Source of the DNA: Omnitrophica WOR_2 bacterium RIFOXYA2_FULL_38_17
GTDB lineage: Bacteria; Omnitrophota; Gorgyraeia; Zapsychrales; Zapsychraceae
Length of the DNA: 64,000 nucleotides
Direction: 5' to 3'
Assembly: GCA_001805965.1 (NCBI GenBank)
Contig: MHHG01000057.1
Coordinates: forward strand, 85,975 to 149,974
Shown here: one piece after another, positions 38,300-49,095 of the stretch
Layout: every line of letters starts with the position of its first letter
Numbering within the stretch: the first letter of the stretch is position 1
Translations under genes and position numbers: made by a program
Notes under the pieces: generated by a model
The model's database searches: none
The model's input: the letters and a program-made list of their open reading frames with translations, nothing else
Told to the model about the DNA's origin: nothing

Positions 38300-40255
38300 T
38301 TATTCTTCTTCGGGAAGTTCTTTTGAAACATATGTACATTGGGGGTATTTAGTACATCCATAAAAAGCGCCTCTTGAAGATTTCCTCTTAACGACCTCTC
38401 CTTCACAGCCTTCTTCTGGGCACTTAATTCCTAATGTAAGCGGCTCAGCGTGCTTACAATCCGGAAATCCACTGCAGCTCAAAAACTTGCCTCTTCGTCC
38501 CCACTTAATAAGCAATTTTTTTCCACACTCGGGACAATCTTTATCTACAAAGTTCTCAGTCTTGACAATATTATCCTCAGCATAATCCAGCTCTTCATTA
38601 AAAGGCTGGTAAAACTCCTTCAATAAATCCTTATAAACCAGGTCACCTTCTTCGATCAGATCAAGATTCTCTTCCATCTTAGCAGTAAAAGTTATATCCA
38701 TTATTTTCGAAAAATATTCAACTAAAAGATCGCTGATCAACACCCCTAATTCAGTCGGCCCTAAATATCCTTTTTCCCTCTCAACATAATTCCTCATAAC
38801 CAATGTGAGAATAATTGATGCATAAGTACTTGGGCGCCCTATACCATCTTCTTCTAAAGCCTTTACCAAACTTGCATCTGAAAACCTTGGCGGTGGCTTA
38901 GTAAAATGCTGTGTCGGCTTAACTTCAACAAGATTAAGGTTGTCTCCTTTATCATAGTGGGAAAAATCGATCTTTGATTCCTCTTCTCTTGCTTCATTCT
39001 CAATTGCAAGATATCCATCGAAGAGAAGGGTAGACCCTGAAGCCCCAAACTGAAAGTTACCTGCTGCGATCTCAATCTTCTTGTTCTCATATAAAGATGG
39101 CACCATTTGCGAGCTTACAAATTTATTCCAGATCAATTCGTATAATTTGAACTGATCATCATCCAAATATTGCCTAAGATCATTTGGTCTACGCAAAACA
39201 TCAGACGGCCGAATTGCCTCATGAGCCTCCTGGGCTGATTTCTTTGCTTTAAATTTATTAGGAATCTCGGGCAAATATTTTTCACCATAATTATCGCCAA
39301 TAAAACTTCTGACTTTTTCTATTGCTTCATTGGAAACATTAACAGAATCAGTCCTCATATACGTAATAAGACCGATCGTCTCGCCATCCCCCAGATCAAT
39401 ACCTTCGTAAAGTTGCTGAGCGACCATCATGGTCTTAGATGCATTAAACCTCAACTTGTTAAAAGCCTCTTGCTGCATAGTGCTCGTTCTTAAAGGTGCC
39501 TGGGACTTTCTGCTGATCTGCCTCTTTGTTATATCTGTTACTACAAATTTTTCTTTCCTGATACTCTCGACCAGTTCATTAGCCCTATCTTGTGATCCAA
39601 TTTCCGGCTTTTCTCCATTTATCTTCTCAAATGATGCTTCAAGAATATTATCATAACCCTCTTTTTTAAGGTCCACTGAGATCTGCCAATATTCATTAGG
39701 GACAAATTTTTTGATTTCACGTTCACGATCAACAATTATACGTAAGGCCACAGATTGGACACGCCCAGCGCTAAGCCTTGAGCCGACCTTTTTCCATAGA
39801 AGAGGGCTTATTTTGTAGCCGACTATTCTATCTAATACCCGACGCGCCATCTGGGCATTGATCTTTTTTTGATCAAATTCGCGAGGATGCTTAAATGCCT
39901 TAAGAACAGCTTCTTTTGTGATTTCTTGAAAAGTAACACGGAAGATCTTTTTACCTTCCCCTATATGACTGACCAGATTCCATCCGATCGCTTCTCCCTC
40001 TCGGTCAGGGTCAGATGCAAAATAGATCTCTTTTGCTTTTGCACAATCCTTCTTTAATTTGGTAAGTATCTTCTGCTTTTTTCTGACCACGATAAGTTTA
40101 GGCTCAAAATCATTTTCAATATCAACACCAAGCGTGGATTTTGGCAGGTCAACTAAATGCCCCATTGAAGAAACAACTTTAAAATTTTTCCCAAGTATTT
40201 TATTTATAGTCTTAACTTTTGTGGGAGACTCAACAATTACTATTGATTTTGCCAT
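38300..40255 (-). CDS. topA: DNA topoisomerase I with C-terminal zinc-ribbon domains
   Basis: Toprim N-terminus (IVESPTKVKTI). Catalytic Tyr region (LITYMRTDS). C-terminal C4 zinc fingers (CPECGKK...C..C). Confidence 0.9.
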   Translation of the reverse strand: MAKSIVIVESPTKVKTINKILGKNFKVVSSMGHLVDLPKSTLGVDIENDFEPKLIVVRKKQKILTKLKKDCAKAKEIYFASDPDREGEAIGWNLVSHIGEGKKIFRVTFQEITKEAVLKAFKHPREFDQKKINAQMARRVLDRIVGYKISPLLWKKVGSRLSAGRVQSVALRIIVDREREIKKFVPNEYWQISVDLKKEGYDNILEASFEKINGEKPEIGSQDRANELVESIRKEKFVVTDITKRQISRKSQAPLRTSTMQQEAFNKLRFNASKTMMVAQQLYEGIDLGDGETIGLITYMRTDSVNVSNEAIEKVRSFIGDNYGEKYLPEIPNKFKAKKSAQEAHEAIRPSDVLRRPNDLRQYLDDDQFKLYELIWNKFVSSQMVPSLYENKKIEIAAGNFQFGASGSTLLFDGYLAIENEAREEESKIDFSHYDKGDNLNLVEVKPTQHFTKPPPRFSDASLVKALEEDGIGRPSTYASIILTLVMRNYVEREKGYLGPTELGVLISDLLVEYFSKIMDITFTAKMEENLDLIEEGDLVYKDLLKEFYQPFNEELDYAEDNIVKTENFVDKDCPECGKKLLIKWGRRGKFLSCSGFPDCKHAEPLTLGIKCPEEGCEGEVVKRKSSRGAFYGCTKYPQCTYVSKELPEEE

Positions 40256-40276
40256 AATTTAATTTTCTAGAATTGA

Positions 40277-41389
40277 TCAAACTGCTTTATAATTTTTCCC
40301 TGGCAACTGCCTGATAAGCCTTTTAAGCTCCATCTGCAATAAAACCACTGCTAATCTTTTAACATCTATTTCTAATTTGTCAACTATATCATCAATCTGA
40401 ACAATTCTTGTTCCAATAAAATCCATGATCTTTTTTTCTTCCGGGCCAAGATCTTCACTGGCTACCGTCGGTCTCAAATTCCCAACCTGCAAATCTTCAG
40501 CATCGTTTAAACACTCTGCCAGTTGCGGGCTCAAATCCTCAAGAATATCCTCAATGCAAGTGACCAATTTAGCACCCTGCTTAATTAAATTATTCACACC
40601 CGCAGAGGTGGGTGAATCTACTTTTCCGGGAATTGCATAAACCTCTTTCCCCTGCTCGAGAGCAAAGTCTGCTGTTATCAGCGCCCCGCTCCTTTGAGCC
40701 GCCTCAATTACTACAACCCCTAAAGACAAACCGCTTATTATCCTGTTCCTTCTAGGAAAATTCTGTGGAAGAGGTTGTGTCTCCATGGGAAACTCACTAA
40801 CGACTGCCCCGTTCTGAGATATCTCTTCAAAAAGTTTTTTGTTCTCAGGAGGATAAACGTTCGCCAAACCATTGCCAAGCGCTGCAATTGTTCTACCTTT
40901 TGCCTTCAAAGAACCTCGATGTGAAGCAGTATCGATCCCTCTTGCCATACCAGAAACAATTGTTATTCCCAGCTCTGCGAGCCTTAAAGCAAAATTCTCC
41001 GCAATATTCATTCCATATATCGAGGCTTTCCTCGAACCAACAAAACCCAATGCCAAGTGGTCCTTTGGGATATTACCTTTTACATATAGAACAAAAGGCG
41101 CATCCGAAATATCCCTTAAGCTCGATGGATAATCGCTATCAAGCGCTGTAATTATCCTTACCTGTTTTTTGTTTATTAGATTATATTCATTTTTAAGGAA
41201 TTTGTCTTTAGGAAAATTCAAAATATTTGCTGCAGCTTTAGCAGGGATAATGTGGTCTTCTAATAAAGCAGCTTCCTTTAAAGAAAACACTTTCAAAGCA
41301 GAGCCATAAAAAGCGATCAATTTCTTTATATAAGCATTCCCAATACCAGCAACAGCGTTAAGAACTAAGAGTGCATCGTTTTCATTCAT
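40277..41389 (-). CDS. dprA: DNA processing protein DprA (Smf)
   Basis: Rossmann-like DprA core (GSRKASIYG...GMARGIDTASH). 370 aa. Lies immediately upstream of topA. Confidence 0.8.
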   Translation of the reverse strand: MNENDALLVLNAVAGIGNAYIKKLIAFYGSALKVFSLKEAALLEDHIIPAKAAANILNFPKDKFLKNEYNLINKKQVRIITALDSDYPSSLRDISDAPFVLYVKGNIPKDHLALGFVGSRKASIYGMNIAENFALRLAELGITIVSGMARGIDTASHRGSLKAKGRTIAALGNGLANVYPPENKKLFEEISQNGAVVSEFPMETQPLPQNFPRRNRIISGLSLGVVVIEAAQRSGALITADFALEQGKEVYAIPGKVDSPTSAGVNNLIKQGAKLVTCIEDILEDLSPQLAECLNDAEDLQVGNLRPTVASEDLGPEEKKIMDFIGTRIVQIDDIVDKLEIDVKRLAVVLLQMELKRLIRQLPGKNYKAV

Positions 41390-41906
41390 AATTCAACAAT
41401 TCTAATATTTCCTGACATACCTCGCCGATAACTTTATTATCCACTCTAACAGTAAAATCAGCTTTTTCATAATACGGCTTTCGATATTCCAAAAGTTCTT
41501 TGATCTTTGCAACAGGTTCTTCAACATTCAAAAGTGGCCTGTCTTCTCTTCCCTTTGTCCTTGCGTAGACCAATTCCGGGGAAATAGATAAATAAATTAT
41601 AACCCCATGTTTTTTTAAATTCTCTACATTAACAGTGTTCAAGACTACTCCGCCGCCACAATCTATAATAACATTCTCTTTCGCTGATAACTCTTTAATA
41701 ACATCACATTCTAGTTTCCTGAAATAATCTTCACCTGAATTCTCAAATATTTCTTTTATGGACCTTCCTTCCCTTTCTACGATCACATCATCGCTGGATA
41801 CCATTTCTTTTTCAAGGGCCAAGGAAAGCTCTTTAGAGACCGAAGATTTTCCAGATGCCATAAAACCAACAAAGGCTATATTTTTATTATCGACATTCAT
41901 ATTCAA
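41382..41906 (-). CDS. aroK: Shikimate kinase
   Basis: P-loop GFMASGKSSV. 174 aa. Confidence 0.85.
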   Translation of the reverse strand: MNMNVDNKNIAFVGFMASGKSSVSKELSLALEKEMVSSDDVIVEREGRSIKEIFENSGEDYFRKLECDVIKELSAKENVIIDCGGGVVLNTVNVENLKKHGVIIYLSISPELVYARTKGREDRPLLNVEEPVAKIKELLEYRKPYYEKADFTVRVDNKVIGEVCQEILELLNYE

Positions 41907-41927
41907 TATAATATTTTGTTTGTTAGA

Positions 41928-42737
41928 TCAAAACCTATAACCGTTGACTATCCACGATATAATCAAATCTCCATAAAACAAGCTTATCAACGCCCCTAAA
42001 ACCAAAAAAGGGCCATAAGCTATCGCGGTATCTTTTGTGCGTATCATTTCAAATAGACCAAATATAGCCCCGAAGAAAGGCGCGACAAAAAATGAAAGCA
42101 GCGCTAGCTTCCAGCCTAAGAATGCTCCCACCATTGCAAGCAGCTTAACATCGCCTCCGCCAATAGATTCTTTTTTAAACATAAAATCCCCTATAATCCC
42201 CATTAAATAAACAGAACCCCCTCCTACTAATACTCCTAAAAGTGATAATCCAAGTGAATGCAAATGTACAAATAAAAAATGTTTGTTTGCATAATCCAAG
42301 CCATGCATCTCAGGAATGAACAAACTAAAGACCAGGCCCACAAACATTCCTCCAACACTTATCTCATCCGGAATAATCCTATGCTTAAAATCTACAATGG
42401 TGGCAACAATAAAACCGGACACCATAACAAGATAAGGGAATAGGATTTTCGAAAAGCCAAAATAACGGTATAAAAGCACAAAAGTGATTCCTGTTAGAAG
42501 CTCAACAAAAAAATACATAAAAGAAAACTTCGTTTTGCAGAACCGGCATTTTCCTCTTAAGAACAGATAACTGAAAAGCGGGATATTGTCATACCAGGGA
42601 ATTGTTTTTTTACATTTAACGCAATGTGATCGTGGCAGAATAACAGACTTCTCATCCGGCATTCGAACTATGCAAACATTCAAAAAACTTCCAATAATTG
42701 CGCCGAATATGAATACATATATGTCAATAATTATCAT
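41928..42737 (-). CDS. pilD: Type IV prepilin peptidase (A24 family)
   Basis: N-terminal Zn-binding tetracysteine (CVKCKK...CRFCK). Multi-TM protein with conserved Asp residues (IIPDE; GGGDVKLL). Confidence 0.8.
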   Translation of the reverse strand: MIIIDIYVFIFGAIIGSFLNVCIVRMPDEKSVILPRSHCVKCKKTIPWYDNIPLFSYLFLRGKCRFCKTKFSFMYFFVELLTGITFVLLYRYFGFSKILFPYLVMVSGFIVATIVDFKHRIIPDEISVGGMFVGLVFSLFIPEMHGLDYANKHFLFVHLHSLGLSLLGVLVGGGSVYLMGIIGDFMFKKESIGGGDVKLLAMVGAFLGWKLALLSFFVAPFFGAIFGLFEMIRTKDTAIAYGPFLVLGALISLFYGDLIISWIVNGYRF

Positions 42738-43630
42738 AAGCCCAATCCTTTTTCCAGCGCTTTGCGCATAATATTCTTAATTTTCTGGTCAATTTCCTGC
42801 TCAGCCCAACGCTGAAAAGCTAGAACTCCCTGATAATAAAGCATGCCCAAACCATTAGATACTTGCGCACCTTTTTCTCTTGCCAATCTTAAAAGCTCCG
42901 TCTCTGCAGGATTATAGATCAGATCATAAACCAGCATTCCGCTGTGAAGAAGGCCTTCTTCGACCAGACAAGGGTCCTTCTCTTTCATGCCTATTGGAGT
43001 AGCGTTTATTAAAAGTTCAGATGATTCAATATTTAGATCATCAATACTATTTACTGTTTCAACAATATCAATATTTATGTTTTCACTAATATCCTTAACA
43101 AGGAACTCTGCTTTTCCTTTATCAATATCATATATTTTAATGGATTTTGGTCGCTCAACTATTAAACAAAGGACACTTATTATAGCCCTTGCTGCACCTC
43201 CAGCCCCAATAATAGCCACACTTTTTTCATCAGTAGCAAAACCAAGTTCAGATAAGTGCGCTAAGAATCCAGGAGCATCTGTATTATAACCAACTAATTT
43301 TCTTTTATCATTGATAAAAATTGTATTAACTGCCTTTATTTTATCTACTAAAGGATCAACATTATCCAGGAATCGGACAACTTTTTCTTTATATGGGACT
43401 GTCACATTAAGGCCAAATATTGGACTTTCCTCGTCCTTTAAGTCTTTAAAAAATGGCTCCAGTTCTCCTTCCTGAAGTGGAAACAGTTTATAAACGGCAT
43501 CGACACCTAAAGCATCAAATGCCGCATTATGCATTAAAGGAGAAAGGCTGTGGCCTAGGGGATAACCGACCAAACCATAAAGTGATTTATTATATTCTTC
43601 CATATTTTGCCATATCATTATTAAGGGCAT
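42734..43630 (-). CDS. aroE: Shikimate 5-dehydrogenase
   Basis: Substrate-binding N-terminus (GYPLGHSLSP...NVTVPYK) and NADP-binding GAGGAARA. 298 aa. Confidence 0.85.
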   Translation of the reverse strand: MPLIMIWQNMEEYNKSLYGLVGYPLGHSLSPLMHNAAFDALGVDAVYKLFPLQEGELEPFFKDLKDEESPIFGLNVTVPYKEKVVRFLDNVDPLVDKIKAVNTIFINDKRKLVGYNTDAPGFLAHLSELGFATDEKSVAIIGAGGAARAIISVLCLIVERPKSIKIYDIDKGKAEFLVKDISENINIDIVETVNSIDDLNIESSELLINATPIGMKEKDPCLVEEGLLHSGMLVYDLIYNPAETELLRLAREKGAQVSNGLGMLYYQGVLAFQRWAEQEIDQKIKNIMRKALEKGLGL

Positions 43631-43682
43631 GGAAGTTGTGCCTCCATGCCCCCATAATATAAAACGCTAAAATTTTTTAAAT

Positions 43683-45197
43683 CTAAGAGAGAACCTTGTT
43701 GATCGCATTAATATAAGCTTTCACTGAAGCTTCAAAAATATCAGTGCTTGCACCATGAGCAATAACTTTTTTATCCCCAGCTTTTACCTTTACAGTAACT
43801 TCACCCAGGGCATCTTTCCCTCTTGTTACTGACTGAATAGAATAGTCAAGCAATTCGCAATTGATCTTAGTAATCGACTCAATCGCTTTATAACAAGCAT
43901 CAACCGGACCATCACCCGTACCGCTTTTACAATAAATTTTCCCCTTCGATCTCAATTTTATATCGATCATAGGCTTCTTTCCTGTTCCAGTTGTTGCCGC
44001 TAAGCTTTCCAGCGTCCATATTTTTTTAAAAACCTTAACTTCATCTTCAACAATTGCTAATAAGTCCTCATCAAAGACTTGTTTTTTCTTGTCTGCAACA
44101 TCTTTGAAACGATCAAAGGCCTTATCTAATTCTTTTTCACCCAGCTCTATTCCTAAAGCCTTCAACCTCTCTTTAAATGCATGTCGTCCAGAATGCTTGC
44201 CCAGCACTAATCCTGTACCTAAAAAGCCAACATCTTCCGGCTTCATGATCTCATATGTTGTTCTTTCTTTTAGAATACCATCCTGATGAATGCCTGCTTC
44301 ATGGCGGAATGCATTATGCCCGACAATAGCTTTGTTTGGAGCAACTGCAAAGCCAGTATATTTGCTGACCAACCTTGACACTCTACAAATTTCCGGGGTT
44401 TTGATCCCGGTTATACATCCATAAAGGTCTGATCGGGTTTTTAAAGCCATAACTATCTCTTCCATAGATGCATTACCGGCTCTTTCACCAATACCATTGA
44501 TGGTACATTCAACCTGCCGAGCACCTTTTTTTACTGCTTCTAGTGAATTAGCAACCGAGACACCCAGGTCATCATGACAATGAACAGAAACGATAGCTTT
44601 ATTGATATTAGGAACATTATTCATAATATCATCAATCAACTGCCCATATTCTGACGGAACGCTATAGCCAACTGTATCCGGTATATTTACTGTTCTTGCC
44701 CCAGCCTTAATGACCGCTTCAAGGATACTATACAGAAATCCCTTTTCTGTTCTTGACGCATCCTCAGGAGAGAACTCAATATCTTCAGCTTTCTTTTTTG
44801 CATATTTTACAGCATCAACAGCCATTTTAAGGATCTCCTCCTTATTTTTCCTCAACTTATGCTGCATGTGTATATTTGAAGTGGCCAAAAAAACATGAAT
44901 TCTTTTATTCTTTGCCTTCTTTAGTGCATCAGAAGCCGCATCAATATCTTTCTTTATAGACCTTGCTAAGCCGCACACAATAGACTTTTTTATGTGTTTA
45001 GCAACTATGCTTACAGATTCAAAATCCCCTTTAGAAATTACTGGGAACCCCGCTTCAATTATATCGACACCTAGCCTCTCTAAAGCATAAGCAACTTCCA
45101 GCTTTTCTTTTTTGTTCATGCTAGCGCCCGGAGCTTGCTCACCGTCGCGCAAGGTCGTGTCGAATATCAATACTTTATCTGATTTTTTCTTTATCAT
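43683..45197 (-). CDS. leuA: 2-isopropylmalate synthase / citramalate synthase family
   Basis: DRE-TIM motif IFDTTLRDGEQ and an HxH metal site (VHCHDDLG). 504 aa with a C-terminal regulatory domain. LeuA and CimA cannot be told apart from sequence alone. Confidence 0.75.
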   Translation of the reverse strand: MIKKKSDKVLIFDTTLRDGEQAPGASMNKKEKLEVAYALERLGVDIIEAGFPVISKGDFESVSIVAKHIKKSIVCGLARSIKKDIDAASDALKKAKNKRIHVFLATSNIHMQHKLRKNKEEILKMAVDAVKYAKKKAEDIEFSPEDASRTEKGFLYSILEAVIKAGARTVNIPDTVGYSVPSEYGQLIDDIMNNVPNINKAIVSVHCHDDLGVSVANSLEAVKKGARQVECTINGIGERAGNASMEEIVMALKTRSDLYGCITGIKTPEICRVSRLVSKYTGFAVAPNKAIVGHNAFRHEAGIHQDGILKERTTYEIMKPEDVGFLGTGLVLGKHSGRHAFKERLKALGIELGEKELDKAFDRFKDVADKKKQVFDEDLLAIVEDEVKVFKKIWTLESLAATTGTGKKPMIDIKLRSKGKIYCKSGTGDGPVDACYKAIESITKINCELLDYSIQSVTRGKDALGEVTVKVKAGDKKVIAHGASTDIFEASVKAYINAINKVLS

Positions 45198-45229
45198 TTT
45201 ATAAACCTCTCAAAAAAGAGAGTGTATTC

Positions 45230-46222
45230 TTATTTATGCATCCAAGGCATCATTTTGCGTAAAGCAGCTCCAACTTTTTCTATTGGATGATTTGCAGACT
45301 CTTTTCTAAATTGCTCAAAATTCTGCCTACCTTTTTTATTTTCACGAATCCACTCTTTGGCAAATTTGCCTGATTGAACTTCCGCTAAAATCTTCTTCAT
45401 TTCCTTACGGGTTCTTTCTGTAATTATCCTTGGCCCTCTTGAATAATCACCATATTCCGCCGTATCAGAAACCCTTTTTCTCATTCCAACAATACCATCT
45501 TCATAAATGAGATCAGTAATGAGTTTTAGCTCGTGGAGGCATTCAAAATAAGCAATTTCCGGCTGATAACCTGCATCAACCAAAGTTTCATAACCAGCTT
45601 TAACAAGCTCGCTGACGCCGCCGCAAAGTACTACCTGCTCACCAAACAGATCGGTTTCAGTCTCTTCTTTAAAAGTTGTTTCAATAACTCCGCCTCTTGT
45701 TCCGCCAATGCCTTTAGCATAAGCAAGGGCATTCTTTAATGCCTTACCTGATGCATCCTGATAAATAGCGACCAAGCATGGAACACCTTTACCTTCTTCA
45801 TATTGCCTTCTGACTAATGCCCCTGGCCCCTTAGGCGCGATCATCCAAACGTCAACATCTGCTGGAGGGACAATTTGCCCAAAATGGATATTAAAACCAT
45901 GTGAGAAAACCAAAGATTTCCCTGATGTCAAATTTTTCCTGATAGCTTTTTTATAAAGCATCGCTTGAACATGATCCTGGGTTAATATTTGGATAATATC
46001 AGCTTTCTTTGCAGCTTTCTTTGCATCTATAGGCTTAAACCCGTCTTCAATTGCAATTTTATAGTTTGGATTATCTTCAAGTTCGCTAATAATAACATTC
46101 AGCCCGCTATCTCTCAAATTCAAAGCCTGACCGCGACCTTGAATGCCATATCCAATAATTGCAATTACTTTATCTTTTAATACTCCTAAATCAGCATCTT
46201 GTTCATGATAGATCTTTGCCAT
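45230..46222 (-). CDS. ilvC: Ketol-acid reductoisomerase. The likely start is the internal Met ([12 protein letters not shown]); the track ORF extends to 46285
   Basis: NADPH motif [21 protein letters not shown]. Class I KARI length. Confidence 0.85.
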   Translation of the reverse strand: MAKIYHEQDADLGVLKDKVIAIIGYGIQGRGQALNLRDSGLNVIISELEDNPNYKIAIEDGFKPIDAKKAAKKADIIQILTQDHVQAMLYKKAIRKNLTSGKSLVFSHGFNIHFGQIVPPADVDVWMIAPKGPGALVRRQYEEGKGVPCLVAIYQDASGKALKNALAYAKGIGGTRGGVIETTFKEETETDLFGEQVVLCGGVSELVKAGYETLVDAGYQPEIAYFECLHELKLITDLIYEDGIVGMRKRVSDTAEYGDYSRGPRIITERTRKEMKKILAEVQSGKFAKEWIRENKKGRQNFEQFRKESANHPIEKVGAALRKMMPWMHK

Positions 46223-46314
46223 ACCAAACTCCTTTTCTTTTTTTCTTCTTAAATAAGAATTGTTAACATATTCAGACCGACGCAAGGCCGACCCCTAAAG
46301 AACCCCCAACAATC

Positions 46315-47730
46315 TTAATATCTATAATGATCAGGCTTATAAGGGCCGTCTACAGGGACGCCGATGTAATCTGCCTGCGCCTTAGAAAGCTTTGTAAGCT
46401 TGACACCTATATGCTTCAAATGAAGACGAGCAACTTCTTCATCAAGATTTTTAGGCAATCTATAAACATCTGTCTTATAATCTTTTTGCCAAAGTTCAAG
46501 TTGAGCTAATGTCTGATTAGTAAATGAATTGCTCATTACAAAAGAAGGATGGCCTGTCGCGCAACCTAAGTTAACCAACCTTCCTTCAGCAAGCAAAATA
46601 ATAGAATGTCCGTCTGGAAAATAATATTGGTCAACTTGTGGCTTAATATTTTCTTTCTTTATTCCTGGAAATTTTTCAAGTTTAGCAACCTGTATTTCAT
46701 TATCAAAGTGCCCGATATTACAAACAATAGCTTTATCCAACATTTTAGACATATGTTCAGTAGTTATAATATCTACATTGCCAGTTGTTGTCACATAAAT
46801 ATTGCCTTCACTCAATGAGTCTTCCAAGGTTTTAACCTCAAAGCCTTCCATTGCGGCTTGAAGCGCACAAATAGGATCTATCTCTGTAACTATTACTCTC
46901 GCTCCGTAACTTTTCATAGAATGAGCGCATCCTTTTCCAACATCACCATAGCCACAAACAACAACGACTTTTCCAGCTATCATTATATCCGTTGCCCTCT
47001 TAATTCCATCAGCCAAGGATTCCCGGCATCCATAAAGATTATCGAACTTTGATTTTGTCACAGAATCATTAACATTAAACGCGGGAAAAAGGAGCTTGCC
47101 GTCCTTCATCATTTGATAAAGTCGATGAACACCTGTTGTCGTTTCCTCGGAGACGCCTCTGATCTCTTTAGCCATATTTTGCCATTTCATTGGCTCATCA
47201 GCCAAAACCCCTTTTAAACAAGCGAACAGCTCTTTCTCATCTTCAGCTTCCACTTTTTTATCAAGAATCGAAGGATCTTTCTCTGCTTCACAACCAATAT
47301 GCACCATCATGGTAGCGTCGCCACCATCATCGACAATAAGATTAGGACCTTCACCCTTAGGAAATGATAAAGCCTTAAGAGTGCACCACCAATATTCCTT
47401 TAAAGTCTCACCTTTCCATGCAAAAACCGGAACGCCTAGATCAACGATCGCAGCAGCCGCATGGTCTTGAGTTGAAAATATATTACAGCTGGCCCATCTA
47501 ACATCAGCCCCAAGCTCAACCAATGTCTTGATCAATACTGCTGTCTGAATAGTCATATGAAGAGAGCCCATTATCCTTGAACCTGCCAGCGGTTTTTGTC
47601 CTTTATATTTTTTTCTTAAAGCCATCAAGCCAGGCATCTCAGTTTCAGCCAGTTCAATCTCTTTATGCCCAAATGTCGCTAAAGACATATCTTTTACTTT
47701 ATAATCATTAGTTTCTACTACAATGTTCAT
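46315..47730 (-). CDS. ahcY: Adenosylhomocysteinase (SAH hydrolase). The likely start is [18 protein letters not shown]; the track ORF extends to 47769
   Basis: [10 protein letters not shown]...[13 protein letters not shown]-terminus. NAD-binding [10 protein letters not shown]. Confidence 0.9.
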   Translation of the reverse strand: MNIVVETNDYKVKDMSLATFGHKEIELAETEMPGLMALRKKYKGQKPLAGSRIMGSLHMTIQTAVLIKTLVELGADVRWASCNIFSTQDHAAAAIVDLGVPVFAWKGETLKEYWWCTLKALSFPKGEGPNLIVDDGGDATMMVHIGCEAEKDPSILDKKVEAEDEKELFACLKGVLADEPMKWQNMAKEIRGVSEETTTGVHRLYQMMKDGKLLFPAFNVNDSVTKSKFDNLYGCRESLADGIKRATDIMIAGKVVVVCGYGDVGKGCAHSMKSYGARVIVTEIDPICALQAAMEGFEVKTLEDSLSEGNIYVTTTGNVDIITTEHMSKMLDKAIVCNIGHFDNEIQVAKLEKFPGIKKENIKPQVDQYYFPDGHSIILLAEGRLVNLGCATGHPSFVMSNSFTNQTLAQLELWQKDYKTDVYRLPKNLDEEVARLHLKHIGVKLTKLSKAQADYIGVPVDGPYKPDHYRY

Positions 47731-47767
47731 TTCAACTCCCTGTTCACTAAAATAATTTAATAAAAAC

Positions 47768-47841
47768 AAAACTACCCTATCTAAGCATCAGGGTATCGCT
47801 TCTGAAATTAAGCCCGGAGAATAACAACTTCCAGGCTTAAT
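47768..47841 (-). terminator. Two consecutive stem-loops after metK: a 10 bp stem at 47808-47840 and a shorter stem plus U-tract near 47770-47800
   Basis: RNA-sense UUAAGCCUGG-13 nt loop-CCGGGCUUAA sits 20 nt after the metK stop. Then UACCCU...AGGGUA is followed by UUUUGUUUUUAUU. Confidence 0.45.
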
Positions 47842-47859
47842 TGATCAGTTAACACATTC

Positions 47860-49026
47860 TTACTTTCTCAAAGCATCTTTTTTCAAACCAGCTGCTTTAT
47901 CAGTTTTTTCCCAAGTAAACTCTTTTTCATTTCTGCCAAAATGGCCATAAGAAGCTGTTTTTAAGAACTTTGGTTTGCGAAGGTCTAAAGTCTTAATAAT
48001 ACCTTTTGGCGTCAGATCAAAGTGTTTACGTATTATCTTCTCTAATTTTGCTTCATCAACAATACCTGTTCCAAAAGTATCAACATAAATACTGAGCGGT
48101 TCTGGATATCCTATAGCATAACTTAATTGAACTAAACATTTTTTAGCCAGCTTAGCAGCAACAATATTTTTTGTGATATATCTAGCCATATAAGTTGCCG
48201 AACGGTCAACCTTTGTTGAATCCTTACCGGAAAATGCTCCTCCGCCATGAGGAACTATTCCGCCATAATTATCAACAATGATCTTGCGTCCAGTCACTCC
48301 AGCATCTGACTGAGGCCCGCCGACTACGAACTTACCAGTTTCATTAACAAAGAATTTTGTTTTACTGTCCATAAGTTTTCCGACAATAGGCTTTGCGATC
48401 ATGTTGATCATCTCTTCACGTGCTTTTTTTGTTATTCTTTTTCCTGTCTTATCTAAAATGTCTTCTGTGTGCTGACAGGCTAAAACAACAGTATCAACTC
48501 TAATTGGCTTATCATCAAGATACTCAACAGTTACCTGACTTTTACAATCAGGGCCTAAATATTTCAGAACCTTGTTCACCCTGAGCTCAGCTATACGTAA
48601 AACCAATTTGTGAGCCAACATAATAGGCAGCGGCATTAATTCCGGAGTTTCATCAGTTGCATAACCATACATAATACCCTGGTCTCCCGCACCACCTGCA
48701 TCAACGCCTTGAGAAATATCAGGTGACTGTGAATTGATCCCGTTTAAAATTGCACAAGTATTAGCATCAAAGCCGTATTTTGGATGATCATATCCGATAT
48801 CTTTAACAACTTTACGTACCAGCTTATGAACATCAATATAAGTTTTTGTTGTAATTTCTCCTCCGACAACAACAAGACCGGAAGAAATAAAAGTTTCGCA
48901 AGCCACCCGGCTTAACGGGTCATCCTTCAAACATGCGTCAAGGACTGCATCAGAGATTTGATCACAAACTTTATCTGGATGTCCAGCCCCAACTGATTCT
49001 GATGTAATAAAATACTTTCCTTTCAC
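47860..49026 (-). CDS. metK: S-adenosylmethionine synthetase (GTG start inferred)
   Basis: [14 protein letters not shown]-terminus and GGGAFSGKD motif. 388 aa. Confidence 0.9.
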   Translation of the reverse strand: MKGKYFITSESVGAGHPDKVCDQISDAVLDACLKDDPLSRVACETFISSGLVVVGGEITTKTYIDVHKLVRKVVKDIGYDHPKYGFDANTCAILNGINSQSPDISQGVDAGGAGDQGIMYGYATDETPELMPLPIMLAHKLVLRIAELRVNKVLKYLGPDCKSQVTVEYLDDKPIRVDTVVLACQHTEDILDKTGKRITKKAREEMINMIAKPIVGKLMDSKTKFFVNETGKFVVGGPQSDAGVTGRKIIVDNYGGIVPHGGGAFSGKDSTKVDRSATYMARYITKNIVAAKLAKKCLVQLSYAIGYPEPLSIYVDTFGTGIVDEAKLEKIIRKHFDLTPKGIIKTLDLRKPKFLKTASYGHFGRNEKEFTWEKTDKAAGLKKDALRK

Positions 49027-49095
49027 AACAGGCCCTTCCTTTCTGAATTAAGCGAATAATTTTTATTAGATTTGGTTTCGCTCTAGACAACAAAC

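Noticed and set aside
49027-49095. Possible SAM-II riboswitch upstream of metK
   Set aside because: The 69-nt spacer shows only a simple 6-bp hairpin plus an RBS. I cannot recognise the SAM-II pseudoknot consensus. It would need a cmsearch to revisit.
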